NCBI GenBank assembly: GCA_964016885.1
Contig: OZ024742.1
Coordinates: forward strand, 52,824,001 to 52,888,000
DNA: 64,000 bases
Reading direction: 5' to 3'
Source: Eledone cirrhosa
Taxonomy: Eukaryota
Below the pieces are notes generated by a model that did no database searches, was not told where the DNA came from, and saw only the letters and a list, made by a program, of their open reading frames with translations. Made by a program: the position numbers and the translations under genes. Shown piece by piece: positions 35,961 through 49,465 of the stretch (the stretch's first letter is position 1; each line of letters starts with the position of its first letter).

Positions 35961-38900
35961 TTACTGGGATGCAGTGCCTCTCTCCACTCTGATTCTCATT
36001 GCAAAGTGATACTTAAAGAAGGGAATCAATTGTTGTCCGGAGAGAAAGGCATCTGTCCTCAGTCCTCTCAATCTCGTCCACCATATAACTTCTTTCACCA
36101 TAGCCAGCTCTGTACAGAGGAAAACCGCCTCTCTTTCGTTTTTGAAAGAGGCTGGCGGTTTTATCCTTACTATGGACTCGGCAGTCAACTGGATTTGTCC
36201 CATGCGCGACAGCAGTTGTTCTGCATAGTTCCACAGGTGGGTTACGCCCGTGCAGTGTACAATTACGTGCAGGACTGTTTCAATGTCCTGCGCGCATCTT
36301 GGACACGTCCTCTTGGAAGGATCCCTTCCGGGGCGTCCGTGCCTGTAGATCTTGTCGCGAACCGGTAGAGTTCCTCGATAGCACTGCCAGGCCAGGGACC
36401 TCTGGAAGTTGTCCATGGGTCCCGGGCGGAAAGTCCTACCAAACAGACTGGTGAACTCATCGTCTTCGACGCACAGAGTCTCTCCGAGCACGTCGTCGCC
36501 CTTGTAACGTACAATCCCTCTATAGAATGTCGAAGTGGAGTCTCCACTGATTGCTGCGCCCGCTTGCCAGAAGACTGTGAGCGCCTGAGCGCATTCAATG
36601 TGCCAGGCGCCCATCGTTTTCGGTCTTTTCTTCACCCAGGACTGCAGCTCTGTCAGCGAGACGAGATGTGGGAAAGCCTGTCTCACAAACGGTGCCCACG
36701 TCGGTTGGGGGTCGGTGAGGAATACCTGGAGATGCCGCAGCCTCAGCGCATGTTTGCGCATCATCAGCCACGGCATTCCCAGCCCTCCGTTGGAAGGGTG
36801 CTGACAGCAGACGGATCTCCTCACCAGCGGAGCCTGCTTGTTCCTCAGAAACTGGAAGAGCATGCGTTCCATCTTAGCGAGGTGTTCACGGGGACAAGGC
36901 ACGACAGTCAAGCGGTAGTAGATCACGGACGCTATGAAAGTGTTCGCCACCTCCGTTCGACCTTTCAAGGACAGTTTGCACTCTGCCCACTTCTGGGTGA
37001 ATGCAAACACCTTGGCCGTGACCTCGTTCCAGTTTTTCTCCACCTGGAGGTCTGGACCGAACCAGACCCCGAGCAATTTCACTGGTCCGTCCGTCCAGCG
37101 TCCAACGACGCTGTCGGACGTCATCGGTTTGCCTCTCCACGTACCGAGTTGCAAACCGACAGACTTGTCCGGGTTTAGTTTTGCTCCCGTCAGCGTTTCG
37201 TATTATTTCAGTAAGTTGCCGATCATCCCGATTTCCGAGGTGCTCGACACCATTACCGTCATGTCGTCAGCATAAGCCGACGCCCCTTTGCGCAGTCCCG
37301 GTTCTAGAGGGATGCCCTGCAATAGCTCCAATTTCCGCAGTAGTGGCTCTAGAGTCAATACATACAGAATGGAGGTGAGAGGGCACCCCTGTCGAATGGA
37401 ACGCGTGATTGCGAACGGCTCCGATAGGTAGCCGTTCACTTTCACCCTATCGCATGAGGTTGTCGTGTATGGACCTGGTCGGGATTGCACACGTTTGCGC
37501 TTTCCCTACCAGGTTCTCAACGACAAGCGCCAACCTCGTCGCTAGCACCTTGGCCAAAATCTTTAATTCTGTGTTGAGCAGAGTTATGGGCCTGAAGTTG
37601 TTAATTTCGTCCCCCTTGTTCTCGTCTTTCCTGATCAGCGTTACTACGCCCTTGCCTACAGAACTGTGAATTCTCCCGTTCTGCTGCCAATTGCAGTAGA
37701 CGGCTTCGAGGACGCCAGAGAACAAGTCCGGCATGCCTATGTAAAACTCATATGGTAGACCATCTAGACCGGCTGACTTGCGTTTCCCGCAGCGGCCCAG
37801 AGCGTCCCCTATATCAGTGTCCGTGATCGGTCTTTCGCAGAATTCGGCGTCCGTGTTAGAGAGACGCGGCAGGAGTTCGGCTCACCGTCGTTCTGCTCAA
37901 ACAGTCGCGCAAAGTGCTGCTGAAAGGCCGCGCACATTTGCTTGGGGTCAAGTAGCACGCGTCCGTTTTGGTCTTTCAAAGACCGAATCGTGGTCTTGTT
38001 GCCACTTTTCGCCTCCGCCACTCGGGCCTAGGTGACAGTTTTCGCTCCTTCGTTTCCTAGAGCAAGTGTTTTGCTTCTGACCACGCAGCCTTCTTGTTTC
38101 CCATCGAAGAACTGGTCTAGTGTCGTTCTTGACGCTACCACTCTAGTCGCGTTGCCACTTCTAAGCGCCTCCTCTATCTTGGCTACTAGTTCTCTTTCTA
38201 TTTTGTTTTTCTCTAAGGCTAAATCTCTGCTAAACTCTATCGATTCTCCTCTAGTTGCTTTCTTGAGAGAGTACCACCATCCATTGTTGACGATGGCTCA
38301 GGTTAACTTTTGCCTCACTAGTCTACTTATCCGTTCACTATAAGCTTTACGTGCCGGCAATGACACGTTCAGCTTCCAGTATCCGGGTCTTTGTCTATGT
38401 ATTCTATCACCGTTGACTAAGCAGACGACTAATTTGTGATCTGAGTAGGCAACCATGTGCATTCATGGACGGCTTAACATCTCCTTGTCCCTTTGTCTAA
38501 TGAAGAACCTATCTAAATACGATCTAGATGACCCGCTCCGGTTTGCCCACGTCCACTGTGGAGCAGTCGGGAAATCCAGTCGATACCTATCGGCCAGTTG
38601 GAATTGGCCGATTAAAGTTTTGAGGCTGTTGCACCCCCCTCTACTGGGACATGCTCCCACATAATCCCATCGTGCATCTAGGATACCATTCATTCCAGTC
38701 CCCCACTAAAAGTAAGGAGAGAGATGTTCCCAGAAAAGACTCTAGACGCTTAAAGAAGTCTGGCCGTGATTGCGATTGCCCGGTCGGGGCATAAACGGCC
38801 ACGAGTCTGAAGGCTCCACCTCCAATACTGTTCGCGTCTAGGACTACCAGTCTACTCTCCGCGTCCAAGTGTACTTGCTGTACTTCGACGTCCAGGTTCT

Positions 38901-39078
38901 TCCGAAACATGACAGCCACTCCCCTCCACCTCCTGGCTGGCAGAGAGATGCGTAGATCTCAAAGTCGTCGAAGATGGGGGTTAGTTGCTGCCTGTTGTGG
39001 ATCCTTTAAAAGTTGGCCCTGTTTCCAGGGCATTCCTAGGCCACGCACATTCACGCTTCCAGCTCGTAAACTAGCCAT
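35961..39078 (-). pseudogene. Tx1 ORF2 (APE endonuclease, reverse transcriptase, CCHC), disrupted
   Basis: Starts MASLRAGSVNVRGLG at 39078. Motifs VYAPT, GDWN, SYLDRFF, FRPITLLNTELKIL, RQGCPL, YADD and CPRCAQDIETVLHVIVHC. Several frameshifts, plus an internal deletion near 37445 that removes the AFD motif. Confidence 0.9.
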
Positions 39079-39120
39079 GTTGGTGAATAAAAGTTGGAGA
39101 AAAAGGACGAAAAGGTGCAC

Positions 39121-40996
39121 TTACCTTTTCGTTTCCTGGAGATCGGGTTGTTCAATCTCCATTTGGGTGCTGGATGGGGTGTTGGGTGGGGTGGGGAAAC
39201 ATTTTAATAGGACGCGGTTGATGGGTTTCTGGCAGGGGTTGCCCACGTCCTGTGAAAATTTATTTTTTATGTCACTATAGGTCTCCATAGAAACCCTTAT
39301 AAGTTTGAGGTGTGGAGACGATTCTGCTTTGACGAAACTTTTGCCCTCTGTCTCCACCTTGGGGTTTTGGGAGATGACCTCCATCACACACTTGTTGTTT
39401 GTGTTTTTGTTGTGTTGTTTTAGTTTGTTGTTCGTCCGGGAGTTTTCTTTTTATGGTGGGTGCTTATTTTGGGGTGGTGTTAGTGTTGGTTTTGCTGGTA
39501 GGGGGATGTTTGACTGTGGTGTTGTTTGTGTTGTTGTTTGTGTCTGTGGTTGTCGTTGGTGTTGGTGATTTGGAGTTTTTGGGGGTTTGTGGTGTCTCTT
39601 TTTTTGATTTTTAGATTTTTCACGGCTCTTCTTCTTCTTCACTTAAAGAAGGAGAAGCAGCCTCATCTGTCGGTGAATAATCATCGTCAGGAGTGTGGGG
39701 TAGGGGTATGTTGTGTGGTGGTGGTGTTTCGGTGTATGTGTTTGTGGTAGTGTTTGATGGAGTGGGGTGGGGCTGTGTTCTTCAGGGGTGTTGTCTGTGT
39801 TTTTTCTATTGTTGTTGGTTGAGTGGCTGTTTGTTTTGGTGTGTTTGCTCGTTTCGTCTGTTGCTGTACTTGTGGTGGTGGTTGTTTTGGTGTTGGTGTT
39901 AGTAATAGTGTTTTTTTAATGATGTTGTGGTGTGTTTGTAAAGGACAGGAGGCTTTTAGGTGTGCTGTGGTACCACAGCGAAAGCAATGAAGTTTTCGAC
40001 CCTCCACCGTAATGTTTATTTTGTTGTTGTCGTCGATGACGACTTTTACGGGTACTTTAGAGATTCTCTCCGGCCTCATTTGAATCAGAATCTCCAAATC
40101 AGTAGCCGCCCACCTTTGTCTAATAGACTTTCGTATCGAAAGAATCATATCAGTCTCTGGCTCTACGAAGCCAGCCAAGATCCACCAGATGTTAATGTTG
40201 GGTGGTATATTTTTTTTTTTTGTGTCCTTTTTCCCATGTATGTAGGGAAAAAGGTGAATGCTTTTGACACCATTGGTGTCACAGAATGTTTTTGGGCGAG
40301 TGCCTCGCTTTTTAACAGTACGGAAACACTTCCGTACTGTTTTCCTCGTTGGAGAAAGTCAATATTTGCTAGAATCTCCTTGAAGGTCGCTTCTATATCT
40401 GCTTGACTAATAAATATAGGCTTTCTCGTTGTGTTAGAGACATTCCTAAATGTCACTGTCCTTCGAACTGTCTCTTCTTTCATTTCGAGGGTGAGTTAAT
40501 TCTAAATCCACCCTTGTCTTCGAAAGTTACAAATTTTCTCCCTTGATGGAGCATATCTCTTGCATTGGAGATGTCAAGATTTATAAAATCTTGTTTTTTG
40601 TTCACTGTTTCAGCGAAAGACATTTTTTTTGTGTGGTGTTGCTGTTGTTGTTATTGTTATCGTTGTTAGCCTCGGTGTTGGAAATCTCAATTTCTTGACG
40701 AGGTGAAACTTTATGTGTAGATGTATTTATGGAGTTGTTGATGTTGTCTTTTTCATGTGTATGTTAATAGGTTTAATTCCTGTGTTTTCCCGTGTGTTAT
40801 TGTTATTTTTCTCCGCTTCGACGGTAGAAAATTTAAAATCTTCAAGTGGTAATATTGTTTTCTCTTTGTTGACAGTCGTATCTATGGCGACGTCCATAGT
40901 AGAAGAAGCAGATATAACGTTAATATCTGCCTCTCTACCTCTCTTTTCTCTGTCGACGTTCTCTAGCGTTCTTTCCGATCTATTCATAGTTGGCAA
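39121..40996 (-). pseudogene. Tx1 ORF1 (zinc-knuckle protein), frameshifted
   Basis: ORF pieces 40996-40727, 40483-40163, 40178-39687 (CX2CX4HX4C), 39642-39451 and 39387-39121. Confidence 0.75.
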
Positions 40997-41187
40997 AATT
41001 TGATATTTTAAAACAATTTTTAAATTAAATTTTCGCCCCTACAGGGGCGAAAAATGGGATTACCACCCAGCTGAAAATTCAGCTTGGGGGTTAATCTACA
41101 AAATGTTATGTTTTTTCAAACAATTAGTTCGGTTTTTTGCATAGAAATTAACAAAAAAGCTTACCGGCGATGTTTCACGCGTCATGC

Positions 41188-41279
<92 letters not shown>
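41188..41279. repeat. (GATA)n microsatellite, 5' flank of the Tx1 element
   Basis: Directly visible. Confidence 0.95.
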
Positions 41280-41544
41280 CAAAGTAATATTGGAAGAATA
41301 CTGCTTGGTAAAGGTCGTTGGTATTTTCTGCCGTTATAGATAGTATATATTTGTATATAAGGAAAGTAACCGATATATATATGGAATCTTAACTATTGAA
41401 AGAGTCGTAGCGGCGCCATCGACGCTTACAGCCTGTCTTGTGAATTCTAAATCTGATGGAGCTCATCCCCCTCACCATGTCTGAATACAGTCGCTTTCTT
41501 CCAAAGAAGGGTAGAGAGAGTAATAGAGATAGAGAGATATAAAT

Positions 41545-41700
41545 TGATCCTAGTACGGGGGTGGTCTTTTATTATCGACCTCGAAACGATGAAAATGAAA
41601 GTCATAGTTGACCATGGGCCATGGGCAGGAGTCGAATTCAGAGAATAAAGAAAACCGAAACGAATGCCACAATGCGTTCTATCGACTCCGCCAGTTCGTT
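41545..41700 (-). mobile_element. Diverged tRNA-SINE copy
   Basis: TTATTATCGACCTCGAAACGATGAAAATGAAAGTC...GGAGTCGAATTCAGA matches the family in reverse orientation. Confidence 0.55.
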
Positions 41701-43019
41701 ATCGAAATATAATAAATAAACAAATAAATGTCGTTGTCATTTAAACTGAAAATAGGATAAGACAATTGAGAAAAATAGATTAAAGAGGGGGGGGGGGGTG
41801 ACATAAAAATTATGATATTTACGGAAAGAAAAGAAGCAAGGACAAATGAAAATATAAGCAAAATTAAAAGGTTTTATTTGGTGAAATCATAACTCACATT
41901 TTGATTAGAAGGATTCAGTTTAAATCTGATATCCAATATCACATTCGACTGTTAGCTTTCTGGTAGAGTGTCAAATTACTTGCTAATCGATTGGAGATTG
42001 TAATGACATTGGGAGTATATATGTATGTATGTGTGAGAGAGAAAGGGAAGAGGAACAGTAGAGAGATGAAGAAAAAGTGGGGAGCTATCAGATATCGTCA
42101 AGATTGCTCATTACACACATATAAATGTAACGTATTAAAATAATAAGTTGCGAGACCCAGAGAGAAAATGCATTGGTAAAGAAAAGTTTTTCATAGAAAA
42201 CTTTCAGCCAAAGTCGAATTCTTTGCACACATAATCTTTAATTCTTGGTCAAACCCGAATAGGGTCCCATGTTAAGGATTATGTTTTTTCCTCAATATAA
42301 GGGGCAAAGATACAACCAGTTTCGTCCCTTGTTTAAACAAAAACATAAGTGGCAAAAACATTATGAATGAAAACTTAGTAAATTAGACATGAAAAAACTT
42401 TTGAAAAGCTGTTTTAAGCGAAACCGACCAAGTACAAAAGTACATAAAGTATTCTTTGTAATATGAAAAAAATGTTGTTGTGAAATTTACACCGTTACAC
42501 GTAATATGTATATAAATTCAAAAAACATTAGGTTTTCTTTTTTCAAATCTTTATCATTTTTTCCTATTTGTATATATATATATGTGTGTGTGTCTGTCTG
42601 TCTGTGTGTATGTGTAGATCCCGGGTTAAATCGGGGATAACCACAGTAAGTAAAGTATTCAATACATAGCAGAGTAAAAGTAATTTAATATAGAAATCGC
42701 TTCTACAGGACTAGAACAGTTTCATTCTAAAGCCGACTGTCAATGTAAATTTCTGGTATTTATACATGTTGTCATGGTAAGGGAAGGGTAATGGGGGGAG
42801 GGTGGTAGAGGTCATGATGGGATTAAAGGATGAGGATTTTTAGAAAAAACAAAATTTATTTCTATAAAGAAATTTAGTGGCAAGTTGCAATTGAAATAAA
42901 CACTACCTTATTCTATAGTACAATATTGAACAAAAGGTATATCAAGTAGTTGATCGAACATCTGGGGAAATGGTAGGTTAGGACTAGGTCACAAGCACAC
43001 ACGCCAACACACACGCGCG

Positions 43020-43121
43020 CGCACATAAATACACATAAACACTTACATATACATATATACAGACACACATACACACATGTGTATATATACATATATATAT
43101 GTATACACATATACACATATA

Positions 43122-43155
<34 letters not shown>

Positions 43156-43354
43156 CATATATATATATACATATATATATATACATACACATACATATAC
43201 ATATATATATACACACACTCTTACACAAATATATATATATATATATATACATACATATATACACACATATACATACATACATATATACACATATATACAC
43301 ATACACACACACATATATATACACATATATATATATACATATACATACATGCAC

Positions 43355-43415
<61 letters not shown>

Positions 43416-43757
43416 TATACATACACACATATATACAAATATACACATATATACACATACATACCATACACACACACATATATACATATATACATATATA
43501 TACACATACATACATATACATATATATATATATACATATACACATAGATATATATACACATATACATATATACACACATACACATATACATATATATGTA
43601 CACACATACATATATATGTACACACATACACATATACACACACATACAGATATATATACATATATACATATATATATATATATACACACACATACACACA
43701 TACATACATATATACATACATACACATATACATATATATACATATATATATATATAT

Positions 43758-43832
<75 letters not shown>

Positions 43833-43927
43833 CACACACACACATATATATACACATATACATATATATACATATATACATACACATACACACACATATA
43901 TACATACACATATACATATATATACAT
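43020..43927. repeat. Complex (TA)n/(CA)n/(TACA)n microsatellite, ~900 bp
   Basis: Directly visible; source of the spurious YI/HT ORFs. Confidence 0.95.
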
Positions 43928-45943
43928 TTCTGATGATTTCCTCCGAATGAAACAGTTCTAGTCCTGTAGAAGCCATTTCTATATATAAATATATATGTAT
44001 ATATACAATATATTAACAAATGGAAACTATATTTATAAAACCATATTTATTTCATTATACATATTTCAAGGGCCACCAGAGTAAACTATGGTGCGCTTTC
44101 ATCAGATAAAATATATTATAGGTTAGTTTTATAAATAAATATTGACATACCCTTAAAAAATGCAACCATTCTGGTTGGAATCTCTACATATGTATATATA
44201 TATTGGCGGTTGAGGAGTAATACTCATTACTACCGATGGCACCTATTTCAGCACCCGATGCTTTTTCCTGAATTGAATATTCAGTGTTATAAAGTGTGAA
44301 TTAACGCCGTCATCTGTGTCTTGTTGGCGTAATATGCGGAGAGTTTATATTAAGAAACATGTTAAAAAATATAATTTTTTACTCGGCGCGCAGAAACCCG
44401 TGATGAATACCACTTTCCAGCTTTCTAGTTACAACGTCTGCATGCTTTATTCTTCTAAATTTAAAAATGTTTTCCCCTGTAGCTCTTAATTTCTACTCTT
44501 ATAATCTTATTGTTAAGTACTTTATCGAACTAGTGAATGCGAGGAATAATAATTACAGTAGTTGCAGTAAACCATCTTTTTCGATTAATTTCTATGTCTA
44601 TAATCTATTGTTTTCAAACAATAAATAATCGGAACAGGTGTATTTTTATATCGAAATATATTTTTTTAAATATTGATAAGGACATTAGTAGCAAATTTTA
44701 AGTGGAATCAATATTTGAACCCGGATCATTAACTTGATTCCCTGGTTAGGTTAATATCGATTTCTCATTTAGGCTGAAGGCCAACATAAATAATTGTTTG
44801 TAACATAGGCACAATGAAAAAAAAAAAATAGCTCAATTTCTAATATTATTATTTTGCACATTTCGATAAGTATAGGGGACATCATTGAACTTTCTCAACA
44901 AAATATAGACTCCGATGCACTTTCCAAAGTAGAGATATGAGAATAACCAAGGGTAATTGCATATAATACTGACAAGCTAATGAGGGTGCAACTGTGCAAA
45001 CGTGTACCCTGCTAAAAGCAGCTAACAATTTGCCCTGAACTCCCATCCTACTACAATATAATTCTATATCTAATATGTCTGAAAAGAGAGAAAAAAGAGA
45101 TAGCTTTAGCTGTAATGTTTTGGACATAGGTCTGCTTGAATCCTTATAAACAAAATAAATATTCTTGATTTCTAAACTGAAAGGACTTCTCTATATTCAA
45201 AACGGTGTATATATTGTGGACCTTAAAATCATTCGAACTCAAAAATTAAAAGAATATTGTTAAATATCACAAATCCTATCATATGCCTTCACACTAACAG
45301 TTATAAATGTTGCTTAGACAATAGGAAAATGTCACTGATATGCAGATTTTGACCATCGGTCTACTCAATCAGGACTGACTTGCAGTTAAGCGGGGGAAAA
45401 CACAACAGACGCAACAAATTAGTCAATAACAGAAAAGCAGGTAAGACGTAATGTAATAATCTCATTTTAGTTTCTCGCAGAGAAGACCAAATATTCGAAG
45501 AATTTAATATAAATAATCTGCAAGTCATTTGGTTCACAATAAAAGTCATTTCGAGCGACAACAAAGCTGTCTATACCGATTAGGGGTGTCTGGAGTTCAG
45601 CTCAATAGAGTTCAATCACCCATATCAATGATTTAAGATCTTGATCTCATTTAATGGCAAGTTAAAACACCTACTGGGTTCATTCTATATATATTTCTTC
45701 TCTTAAATCTCCTATTTAATGGTGGACTTTCTAAATAGTTACATTTCCAACATTTACCTACTGACGTATGAAATAACGTCTAATGTGTCGTAAACGTTAA
45801 TTCACTCTCTCATACATGGCAAAGGAAACTACGATATATCAAATATTTCATTCAAATAACTGGAAATCTGAGAGGGAAATCAGTAATTATATGTGAGTGT
45901 GCGTGTGTATGTGAGAGTGTATATACATATATATATAAATATA

Positions 45944-46015
<72 letters not shown>

Positions 46016-46199
46016 ACACACACATAAATATAATGCATATTCTCTCCTGAAGGAGTAGTAGTGGCGCTGTATTGACATACGGCGTTTCTAGGGGATTTTT
46101 TTTCATAGCAGAGAGCGTCTCCTCTCCGGGTCTGCGACACCATATTTCTTCCAGAGAAGGATTGAGAATGAGAGAAAGAAAGTGAGAAATAGATACAGA

Positions 46200-46365
46200 G
46201 GAAGAATCGACCCTAGTACTAGACTGGTGATTTTTTATCAACCTCGAAAGGAAGAAAGGCAAAAGTGGCCTCGGCAGGATTTGAACTCAGGGACCAGAGA
46301 GCCGAAACAAATACCGCAAAGCTTTATATCCGACCTTCGAACGATTCTACCAATTCAACGCCTTA
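46200..46365 (-). mobile_element. tRNA-derived SINE copy
   Basis: TTTTATCAACCTCGAAAGGAAGAAAGGCAAAAGTGGCCTCGGCAGGATTTGAACTCAG. Confidence 0.7.
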
Positions 46366-46398
46366 TGATACATATACATATGTCTATATATGTATAAA

Positions 46399-46488
<90 letters not shown>

Positions 46489-46489
46489 C

Positions 46490-46556
<67 letters not shown>

Positions 46557-46567
46557 TATATATATAT

Positions 46568-46614
<47 letters not shown>

Positions 46615-46618
<4 letters not shown>

Positions 46619-47385
46619 ATTACGTAACTGTCTTTATCCCATTGCAGAAACTAATTAGTTGGAGTGAAAATTTTAGTAAGTTAATTTTTAAAAAATTTTT
46701 TAAATTTTCTTATTTTACGTCTTTTATATTATTGTTCTGCATCCTCCTGCATTGAACCACCTAGGTACTATGACATAACCTGTGTATTTGCTGGCATTAG
46801 CGTACATCCGTACGCATATGTTAGTAGATATACTAAATTCTCTATATTTATTTCCAAATTACTTATTTGTCGAGCAAACCTACCAAAACCACTACTAACT
46901 TATTGGTGTGATAGTAGGCATCTGTCATCTTACCATCCCACTCCTACCGACTAGCCTCAGTGTCATGTGATTGATTCTTTAGATTTTGCCATTTGACCAG
47001 AGACAGTGTGATTTTCAGTGCATGGAATCCAGTCCCCGCTAGCTGTTCCATCTACCGAATTAATATTATTTTTATGAGTCCCCAGTGTCCGCGCATTTCC
47101 TGGAGACTTAGCTGAGAATAGACTCCCTGATGACGCAATGAATTCTCGATAGTTTGATTACGTAACTGTCTTTATCCCATTGCAGAAACTAATTAGTTGG
47201 AGTGAAAATTTTAGTAAGTAAGTTAATTTTTAAAATTTTTTTTAAATTTTCTTATTTTACGTCTTTTATATTATTGTTCTGCATCCTCCTGCATTGAACC
47301 ACCTAGGTACTATGACATAACCTGTGTATTTGCTGGTATTAGCGTACATCTGTACGCATATGTTAGTAGATATACTAAATTCTAT
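46615..47385 (+). mobile_element. Head-to-tail 538-bp repeat (~1.4 units) carrying a hammerhead; retrozyme- or Penelope-pLTR-like, inserted in (TA)n
   Basis: 46615-46845 recurs nearly identically at 47153-47383; both ends abut (TA)n. Confidence 0.7.
47122..47203 (+). ncRNA. Type I hammerhead ribozyme
   Basis: ACTCC-CTGATGA-CGCAATG...CATTGCA-GAAA-CTAATTAG-TT-GGAGT. Perfect 5-bp stem I, intact core, 6-bp stem II with a GATAGTT/AACTGTC extension, palindromic stem III and a GUU site. C-A mismatch at 10.1/11.1. Confidence 0.75.
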
Positions 47386-47411
47386 ATATATATATATATT
47401 TTATATATAAA

Positions 47412-47443
<32 letters not shown>

Positions 47444-47814
47444 CATATATATATATATATGTGTGTGTGTATGTGTGTACATGTGTGTATTCGTATGTGT
47501 ATGTTTGAAAGCATTTATTTTAATGTGCGCGCACGTTTGTACGCGTGTGCGTGTGTATATTATTAGAGAAGAAAATAGATGACAATAGTTGTTTGAAAAT
47601 GGGGAACTCAGCTAGACAATAGTGATATCATGAGGTGAGATGGGACAGATGTTAAATGTGAATATGGAAAGACCATCACAGGATTTTTAATGAATACTAA
47701 CACTGGCAGACATGTTAGAATATTTATTTTGCCCGCACGCAGACATTCATATGTATGTTTGCATGTGTATGTGTGTGTGTGTCTTTGTTATATATAAATA
47801 TATAGTATATACGT

Positions 47815-47960
47815 ATTGGCAGAGTTATTAAGAAGTCGAATAGAATGCTTAACAGTATTCGTCCCACCTCATTGCGCGCCGTACTCAACTTTGATTTCAT
47901 CCTTTCGAGGTCGATATAAAACGTACCAGTCCAGTATTGGGGTCGATTCTTCCTCTATAA
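47815..47960 (+). mobile_element. Diverged tRNA-SINE copy
   Basis: TGGCAGAGTTATTAAG A-box-like sequence and TTTCATCCTTTCGAGGTCGATATAAAACGTACCAG core. Confidence 0.6.
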
Positions 47961-48063
47961 AAGAAATTGACTGTGTTCAGACCTGGAGAGGGTTGGGCTC
48001 CACCAAGTTTAAAAAGAGCCCTAGACATGCCGTATGAGGGTCCCTCTATGACTCCACAAGGAT

Positions 48064-48138
48064 TTGCGTTGAGGTTTCCTCATTATTCTACGAATTCTAA
48101 TATACACGCACTTCAAACACGATATCTGAGATAACGTT

Positions 48139-48191
<53 letters not shown>

Positions 48192-48367
48192 AACAGGCAA
48201 ATATAAATATATATATATATTTCCCTATGTTTATGTATATATATATGTATATATTTCCCTATGTTTATGTATATATGTATATATATATAAACAACGTTAT
48301 CTCAGATATCGTGTTTGAAGTGCGTGTATATTAGAATTCGTAGAATAATGAGGAAACCTCAACGCAA
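48064..48367. repeat. Perfect inverted repeat with ~85-bp arms around a TA-rich spacer
   Basis: TTGCGTTGAGGTTTCCTC...GATAACGTTGTTTATATA is the exact reverse complement of about 48283-48367. Confidence 0.95.
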
Positions 48368-48458
48368 GGAAGCTGTTAAAACAGCAAACAAAATGCCGTC
48401 AATGATGGCGTCGAGTAAAATTTACCTCAAAGGTTAGAAATCAGCGGATAGAATTATG

Positions 48459-48835
48459 TTGGCCCGCAGACGGGGCCGGCTGATGATACAACACGGCATA
48501 TTCTAGGACCCTTTGCCCTAGGCGTACGCTGTGACAATGGTGAACGGCTCGTGTCCTTCACGGATGCCAATCGTCTTATCGTCACCAACATCCGGTTCCA
48601 ACATCCTCGGCGTCACCTCGTCACGTGGCGATCCAATGACGGAAGAACGGCCAATCAGATTGACTACATCCTGGTCAGATCTCAGTTGGCCAGCTCAGTG
48701 ATGGACTCGCGTGCGTATCGGGGGGGGGGGAGATGATACGGGCAGTGAGCATGGGTCAGACCATACTCTTGTTCAAGCAACCCTTCATCTGCGGCTGCGA
48801 GCGAAACCTCCAACCGCCAGAAAAGGATCGATATC
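48459..48835 (+). mobile_element. LINE APE-endonuclease fragment (RTE-like)
   Basis: GPFALGVRCDNGERL...HLVTWRSNDGRTANQIDYILV...SDHTLV. Confidence 0.8.
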
Positions 48836-49301
48836 TCGCGACTCAAGTACAAGTAAGCAGGTAATAGGAAGAAAAATGAACGCAGACATTTGAATACTCT
48901 CATGAGCTTTTCGATCACCTGTGGTTTCGACGATTTAACTAAAAGTACCACCTAAAATAGACGGCTCGTAAAAACGGAAAAATAAGTATCTCTGTTGGTA
49001 TGATGTTTGTGTGGGGAACGAACATATTAGATAGACAGACAGGTCAAAGAGAGACAAAAATAAAGAACATTCACTCGGCCTAATGTCGCTTTAAGAAAAG
49101 GCAACATCAATGGATCTGTGTGCGGAGGAGATAGTAAGCGGAGGTGACGAATAAAATTGGTGGATGTAAGAAGAGAGAAGGAAACAAAAGAAGCAGGAAG
49201 AGCGGGAAAGAGAAAGAAAGAGTGAAAGAAGGGGAAGAAAGCTTCCTTGTGTTGAGTTTTTCCGATTCTAATATATTCGCGCTTCAAACTCGATATTCGA
49301 A

Positions 49302-49371
49302 ATAACTTTGTTTATATAACTTTGTTTATATAACTTTGTTTATATAACTTTGTTTATATAACTTTGTTTAT
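49302..49371. repeat. 14-bp tandem repeat (ATAACTTTGTTTAT)x5
   Basis: Directly visible. Confidence 0.95.
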
Positions 49372-49465
49372 CACAGCTATTGTACCTTTCTATTTCGGAC
49401 GGATACCATGCGTGAGGTTTGTTGGCTATTTTATCCCTCTTTCTTCCTCCTTCTTTCAACCTTCC

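Larger units (their letters stand above)
35655..41187 (-). mobile_element. Near-full-length degenerate Tx1/L1-clade LINE (ORF1 gag-like plus ORF2 APE-RT)
   Basis: ORF1 fragments carry a CCHC knuckle (CFRCGTTAHLKASC). ORF2 fragments carry APE, RT and C-terminal CCHC motifs. AATAAA lies at the 3' end and (GATA)n flanks both sides. Confidence 0.92.

Noticed and set aside
35799-37378. Plus-strand ORFs over the Tx1 element, and similar ones over the RTE at 55-57 kb
   Set aside because: Antisense shadows of retrotransposon coding sequence.
43929-43972. CTGATGA...GAAA hammerhead candidate
   Set aside because: No stem I pairing and a weak stem II; related copies near 42700 and 62270 lack the core.
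42913-44019. [12 protein letters not shown] ORFs here and near 25, 28, 31-32, 46, 50 and 54 kb
   Set aside because: Translations of (TA)n, (CA)n and (TACA)n microsatellites.
45430-45485. Plus-strand GCAG|GTAAGA donor with a nearby acceptor
   Set aside because: The implied intron is only about 40 nt and there is no convincing reading frame.
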